From Eledone cirrhosa (Eukaryota): a stretch of 64,000 nt of DNA. The stretch lies in NCBI GenBank assembly GCA_964016885.1, contig OZ024744.1, positions 63,984,001 through 64,048,000 on the forward strand, read 5' to 3'. The notes below the pieces were generated by a model that saw nothing but the letters and a program-made list of their open reading frames with translations, made no database searches and was not told the DNA's origin. Below are positions 59,674 through 64,000 of this stretch, piece after piece; the stretch's first letter is position 1; each line of letters begins with the position of its first letter. Position numbers and translations under genes: made by a program.

Positions 59674-62243
59674 TGTGGGTATGGTGTGGTGTGCGGTGGC
59701 CGGAAGCTGGGGAGTGCTCGACCAGAAGAGTGCTTGACTGGAAGGGTGCTTGACCGGAAGGGCCAGCAGGTCGGCCTCTCTCTGGCGGTGATCAGGAACG
59801 TGGTGGACGCGAGTTTGACGCACGTGGAAGAGGAGAAACCAGCCATGGGATCTAGCGGCACCTGTGAAAAGCGGTAAGTGAGATAGCTTTTTCTAACCAC
59901 AAGCTATTTCGGCACTGGAAACTGAGATCTGATAAAAAAAGAATAAAATAAAAAAAACTTTCTCGAAAACAAAGCTACTGGAAAAACAGAGAGGAGTCTG
60001 TTGTTTTTTTTTTATTACGTACCGCAAGACAAATTAGGATATGGCGGTGAGACTACGAACGAGCGAAGCGATTAGGGCATTTACCGGTGAAGGCGTTGTC
60101 GCTTGGCTGCAAAAAGTTCGGCTGGTCGCAAGCTTACAGAAGATAGAAGATGTGGCTGGCCTCATGGCACTGTACCTCGAGGGGGACGCATTGTTACTCT
60201 TTCTTGAGTTGGATGAACACAGCCAAAGGGATGCTCAAAAGATCGAGAGGCGCATGATGAGGGACCGTTAGCCGCTTTTGCTAGGCTGGCAAGAATTAGA
60301 TGGAACGGTGAACGCGTTGACATTTTCGCAGCTGAAATACGGCGACTGGCCATGTTGGCTGGATATCAAGTGGAATGTGAACGCACGGTGCAGTTGACGT
60401 TCATAAATGGATTTCCAGACGACATAGCGGTGAAACTGCAGCAAGTCCCGGGTTACAAGGAAATGGAGATGCATGCACTGGTGGAGCAAGCCCGTATCAT
60501 AGCAGAAGATGCCAAGAAGAGTGTCGCGGCGATAACAACTACAGAGGCTCAAGACAGCTGGCAGCGAAATGGTGAAAGGGAGGCAACCACGATACGTTTA
60601 GAGGTCGCTGTTTTAGGTTCCAGGGCTTCGCACATGGCGAGAGACTGTAGAGTCAAGGCCGGACAAAATATGCTACTGGTGTAAGCGACAAGGCCACATT
60701 GCTACTAACTGCGACCAGGGAAATCATCCAAGGGGAAATATTGCGCCGGTAATTGCCCCTTATGAGTAGAGGCGCTGCCCGTGGTGGAAGTCTTCGTGAG
60801 GGGAAAGCCACAGCAAGCCTTCGTGGACACGGGCTGTATGACGACACTGGTGACTGCGGGGGTGGCGCAGAAGTGGAGAGGGAAGAGTAGCGTAAGGGCA
60901 GTCAACGGTATGAAAATTGAATGCCGAGGTCGCAGCGAGGTTGAGATGGCGGTACGGGGAAGGAAAATAAGGCTTTCTGCCATCGTAGTCGACAATGTGG
61001 TGGATGGGATCGGCGTGGTTATGGGCATGGACGCAATTGGCCGTCTAGGAGGCATCACAGTGAACAACATCGGTGTGTCATTTGGCGGCGCTGCATTGGT
61101 ATGCGCGGTGAGTATGCGACAGGAGAACCAGAAGGCTCATGAGGAGAAATACCCCGCTTACACTGTGCAGGACAAAGACTTCAAGGCCGTGTTCGATGGG
61201 CAGCGATGGGTTGTTGAGTGGTACTGGAAGGGAGAACCACCAACACTGAAGACCAAAGTGGGCTGCTATCAACACACATTGAAGGGAGACATTAGAAGTG
61301 AGTTTGAGCGAGAGGTAGAGAGATGGATTGAAGAGGGTATACTGCTTTCCTGGAAAGAGAAGGTGAAGTGCGGAGTATTGCCGTTAATGGCGGTGGCGCA
61401 ACCCACGAAGAACAAGGTGAGGCCGGTACTGGACTTTCGGGAGCTGAACGAGCACGTGTCATGCCACATTGGTGGCGAGGTCACGGATGTCTGTAGGGAA
61501 ACCCTGCGTGAGTGGAGACGCATGTTCAGCAATCGTAGATCTAAAGTCGGCATACTTGCAATTGCATATAGATGAGAAACTCTGGCAGTATCAGCTGGTC
61601 AGGTATAAGGGCCGGACATATTGCCTGACCAGGCTTGGTTTCTGGCCGAGCTCTGCACTGAAGATCATGGCGGCGGTCCTCGAGACCATTCTGGGAAAGG
61701 CCGACAAGATGAAGAGGGCCACTAATTCCTACATTGATGACATCCTAGTAGACGAGTCTTTAGTGTCGGCGGCGGAGGTCACGAGCCATTTACAGGGTAT
61801 GGATTGGCTGCGAAGCCGTCAGAAGCGTTGGAGGGAGGAGCCGCGCTGGGACTTAGGCTACGGCGAGACAGGACGGGCGTGTTAGTATTCCAGAGGGGAA
61901 ATGAAGTTCCAGAACTGGGCCCAAGTATGAGTAGGCGGGAGCTTTGCTCGGTGTGTGGAAAGTTGGTGGGTCACTACCCGATTGCTGGGTGGCTCCAGAC
62001 GGCATGCAGCTATGTTAAGACCGGAAGAGTGCTTGACCGGAAGGGTGCTTGGCCGGAAGGGTGCTCGACCGGAAGGGCCAGCAGGTCGGCCTCTCTCTAG
62101 CGGTGATCAGGAATGTGGTGGACACAAGTTTGGCAGCTCCCGGTGTTAATGAGTTGGATCGTAAGCACGTGGAAGAGGAGAAACCAGCCATGGGATTTAG
62201 CGGCGCCTATGGAAAGCGGTAAGTGAGATAGCTTTTTCTAACC
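59674..62243 (+). mobile_element. LTR retrotransposon copy 3 (LTR subfamily B), gag-PR-RT; RH, IN and PPT deleted
   Basis: 5' LTR 59674-59901; gag from 60041; PR AFVDTGC; RT YIDD; fused at ~62018 to a truncated 3' LTR. Probable TSD TCAAC (59669-59673, 62299-62303), displaced by an RTE tail. Confidence 0.92.
59902..59913 (+). promoter_or_regulatory. Atypical primer-binding site AGCTATTTCGGC, exact complement of tRNA-Phe nt 1-12
   Basis: Immediately follows the LTR end ..ctaaccaCA. Metazoan tRNA-Phe(GAA) begins GCCGAAAUAGCU. Confidence 0.7.
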
Positions 62244-62298
62244 CATGCTAGCGTGGAAAGTGGATGTTAAACAAGGATGATGATGGTGATGATGATGA
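62237..62298 (+). mobile_element. Very short RTE 3' tail inserted at the LTR terminus
   Basis: tctaacccatgctagcgtggaaagtggatgttaaac..(gat)n. Confidence 0.75.
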
Positions 62299-63042
62299 TC
62301 AACAACTAAAATTGGACCAACAGGGGTTCTCACAAGTGGAGCAATCGCTACTAAGTACTATCTCAGACTTGATAACTACTTCCAGCCAACAGGAACCAAT
62401 ACTAATTATAATATTTGCAATAGACACTACAGCCATCATAATATGGCTTAGGATTCGCCTGTTGTAATGGAAAATATATAAATGCAGTGACATTCCTTGA
62501 CATGGGAAAGAGCATATGCATTGTCAATCATGATGAATGCCATTTTGTATTGGTAATATTTTTATCGCTTATTTCAGACTTGTTTTAGACTGAGATTGGA
62601 AAATAATTTCTTTAAGCCAGATAACTAACTGGTCATTCATATCACATGTGTAAGACACAAATGAAGATAGGAGACAGCAATGTATTGCAGAGTTCTCACT
62701 TTAGACTTGAACTGCTAGCACCAACAGAAAACATTAAAAAAACATTCACATTCACTAGAAAACATGGTAAAAATCATGTGGTATGAAGAAAGCAAGTATG
62801 AAGAAATTTCACAAAATACCAAAACAAGTAAAGCTGAAGGAACACGTTATTAGTCACTATGCCTAAGGAAGAACCCATTCAAACGACTACAGAGACCCCT
62901 ATTAGTTAGCATAAGTTACAATACAAAGCCACAATAGGCAACTCAACTTCATACAGTACCAAACAAATAGTATTAAAAACTCAATGACAGAATTGAGAAC
63001 AAAAAACAAGAGTGAAGTATTCATATCGAATCCCCTAACATT

Positions 63043-63232
63043 GGGGGATTGGAAGTATCAGTAGAGGGCCGGATGCCATGCTTTGCAGCATAGAGTTACA
63101 CCCCTTTATGGTGTGAGTTCAAATCCCGCCGAGGTTCACTTTGCCTTTCATCCTTACGGGGTCGATAAAATAAAGTACCAGTAATGTACTGGGGTATTTG
63201 CTGGCCTTGTGCCAATAGTAGAAACAATTATT
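63043..63232 (+). mobile_element. SINE family 1
   Basis: A-box, B-box, body and gaaacaattatt tail. Confidence 0.88.
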
Positions 63233-63372
63233 TTGAACTATACAAAGACACAGGTAATTACATGGGCTATGGAAATCTCAAACTATCACATTCTATCACA
63301 TTCCTAACAAATGATTTCAAATAGTTCAACCAAATGTCACACTGGAGATGTACCTAACTAAATATAAATATC

Positions 63373-64000
63373 ATCATCACCATCATCATCATCATCACCA
63401 TCGTTTAACGTCTATCTTCCACGCTAGCATGGGTTAGACGGGAATTGTCCCACTTGAAGCAAGATTGGTCAGGTGACCGCGTCTCACTTGTATAGGACTG
63501 TATCTGACTGGTTTTCTACAGCTGGATGCCTTCCTAATACCAACCTCATTTACAGTGTGGTCTGGGAACCTTTTTACCGTGTCTCCTACACAACCACTTT
63601 ACAGTGTGGACTGGCTGCTTTTGTCGTGACACCTACGCAACCTCTTTAGTTTGGACTGGATGTTCTGTGGTACCAACATAACTTTACAGAGAAAGGATGG
63701 TGTTGGTGGGAGTGGGAGAACGGAGTAGGGGTAGTGGGTTGGGTGTATATTTGGTTAAGAGGTGCCTACTGACTGTAGGTTTAACTTTGTACATAAGGAA
63801 AGGCGGGTCTTCTGTATTACTGCGTAGCACCAAAGCTCTCAATCCAGTGACATATTCTTAGAGAGGTTTAAGTGTCAGATTTTATCAGGTCGTCCCAGGT
63901 TTTTCTGGGTCTACCTACACCATAGCTTCCATCAATTTTTATCACCTGCACTTTTTTATACAGCTGTCATCTTTTGTGCGCATCACTTGACCATACCAAC
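63373..64000 (-). mobile_element. RTE LINE subfamily gamma 3' end (runs off the window)
   Basis: Homologous to 56408-57010; (GAT)n tail. Confidence 0.9.

Noticed and set aside
59907-59915. tttcggcac also matches the tRNA-Phe 3' end in sense orientation
   Set aside because: Expected from acceptor-stem complementarity. A sense match cannot bind a primer, and the upstream AGCTA fits only the 5'-end complement.

Overview
AT-rich, essentially gene-free animal DNA made almost entirely of nested transposable elements and microsatellites. The SINE and LINE repertoire suggests a cephalopod (octopus-like) genome; this is an inference. Contents: about 12 copies or fragments of an RTE-clade LINE with a PHD finger inserted in its RT, plus many short stand-alone 3' modules; R4/Dong-type, CRE-type, BovB-type and Tx1-like LINE remnants; many tRNA-derived SINEs; piggyBac-, hAT- and Tc1-like MITEs; Penelope-type ends with hammerhead cores; a tRNA-Trp-primed non-autonomous LTR element plus a solo LTR, all with TG..TA ends; a 1-kb foldback element carrying histone-type 3' stem-loops; and three copies (two LTR subfamilies) of a very compact gag-PR-RT-RH-IN LTR retrotransposon. 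The most striking observation concerns this last family. It has no TGG-type primer-binding site; the 5' LTR is followed directly by AGCTATTTCGGC, the exact complement of nucleotides 1-12 of eukaryotic tRNA-Phe, suggesting priming by a 5' tRNA fragment. It also has a DIRS-like RNase H signature, a GGGAAAC/pseudoknot -1 frameshift signal and 5-bp TSDs. No intact host gene could be supported. Boundaries of degenerate fragments are approximate.
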